This document shows positions 42,905-43,026 of a stretch of DNA of 43,026 nt, one piece after another. Origin of the DNA: Candidatus Woesearchaeota archaeon. GTDB taxonomy: Archaea; Nanobdellota; Nanobdellia; Woesearchaeales; GW2011-AR4. Within the stretch, counting starts at the first letter, position 1; each line of letters opens with the position of its first letter. The translations under genes were made by a program, and so were the position numbers. The notes below the pieces were generated by a model that ran no database searches, was not told where the DNA came from, and saw only the letters and a program-made list of their open reading frames with translations. Location of the stretch: positions 1 through 43,026 of the forward strand of contig JAHWGX010000063.1 in NCBI GenBank assembly GCA_019323655.1, given 5' to 3'.

Positions 42905-43026
42905 ATGAGAAGAAAAGATGACGGGGGAAAATGGAAAAAGTTTTTAGTTTACTTTATCGGCTTTGTCATGATCGCAAGTGTTTTCGGAGTGATTTTTTGG
43001 GGAGGTGACAGCACAGTAAGGATGAA
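42905..43026 (+). CDS. Partial CDS (5' end): small basic N-terminus followed by a TM helix; product unknown
   Basis: The ATG at 42905 opens MRRKDDGGKWKKFLVYFIGFVMIASVFGVIFWGG..., which runs off the window end. Confidence 0.3.
   Translation, partial: MRRKDDGGKWKKFLVYFIGFVMIASVFGVIFWGGDSTVRM

Noticed and set aside
42750-42908. 52-codon Ala/Pro-rich ORF ending in an ATGA overlap with the next gene
   Set aside because: It is embedded in the GC-rich inverted-repeat element, so the composition is explained by RNA/DNA structure. It is too short and unsupported to call as a CDS, and is kept only as a note in the findings.
1-43026. CRISPR arrays, rRNA genes, additional tRNAs
   Set aside because: I saw no regularly spaced direct repeats. 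No T-arm-like GTTCRAATC motifs occur beyond the two tRNAs reported. No rRNA-like conserved stretches were recognised.

Overview
AT-rich, very tightly packed archaeal chromosome segment. The archaeal assignment rests on the archaea/eukaryote-specific r-proteins S4e, L32e, L19e, L34e and L14e, archaeal-type PheS/PheT, pelota, a split transketolase and an intron-containing tRNA. The reduced gene content (no adk/cmk in the secY block, orphan pathway fragments, B12 salvage) suggests a small-genome DPANN-like archaeon; that is inference only.

Layout:
- 1-8.3 kb: spc-type ribosomal operon L24 to L15, then secY and a DUF106/EMC3-like insertase.
- 8.3-9.8 kb: an inverted pilin-like gene, then L34e and L14e.
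- 9.8-20 kb, minus strand: pheT, pheS, a two-gene membrane-anchored Cas4-like nuclease, transketolase halves, TrmB regulator, acetyl-CoA synthetase, pelota.
- 20.1-26.7 kb: a five-gene co-directional cassette of uncharacterised envelope proteins. I consider this the best candidate for a novel system.
- 26.7-30.2 kb: a DDE-transposase IS and two orphan ORFs around endonuclease III.
- 30.4-42.6 kb: radical SAM enzyme, panD, Ogg, GNAT, B12-dependent RNR plus cobalamin adenosyltransferase, PfkB kinase, HIT protein, XPD, glutamate-5-kinase-like protein, endonuclease V.

RNA and repeat features: tRNA-Ala(GGC) with a non-canonical T-arm intron, tRNA-Val(CAC), a two-copy GC-rich hairpin element in two divergent promoter regions, a ~310-nt helix-rich ORF-free region, and a ~150-nt GC-rich inverted-repeat element. 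I saw no CRISPR array and no rRNA. All calls come from reading translations and sequence by eye; no database searches were run.
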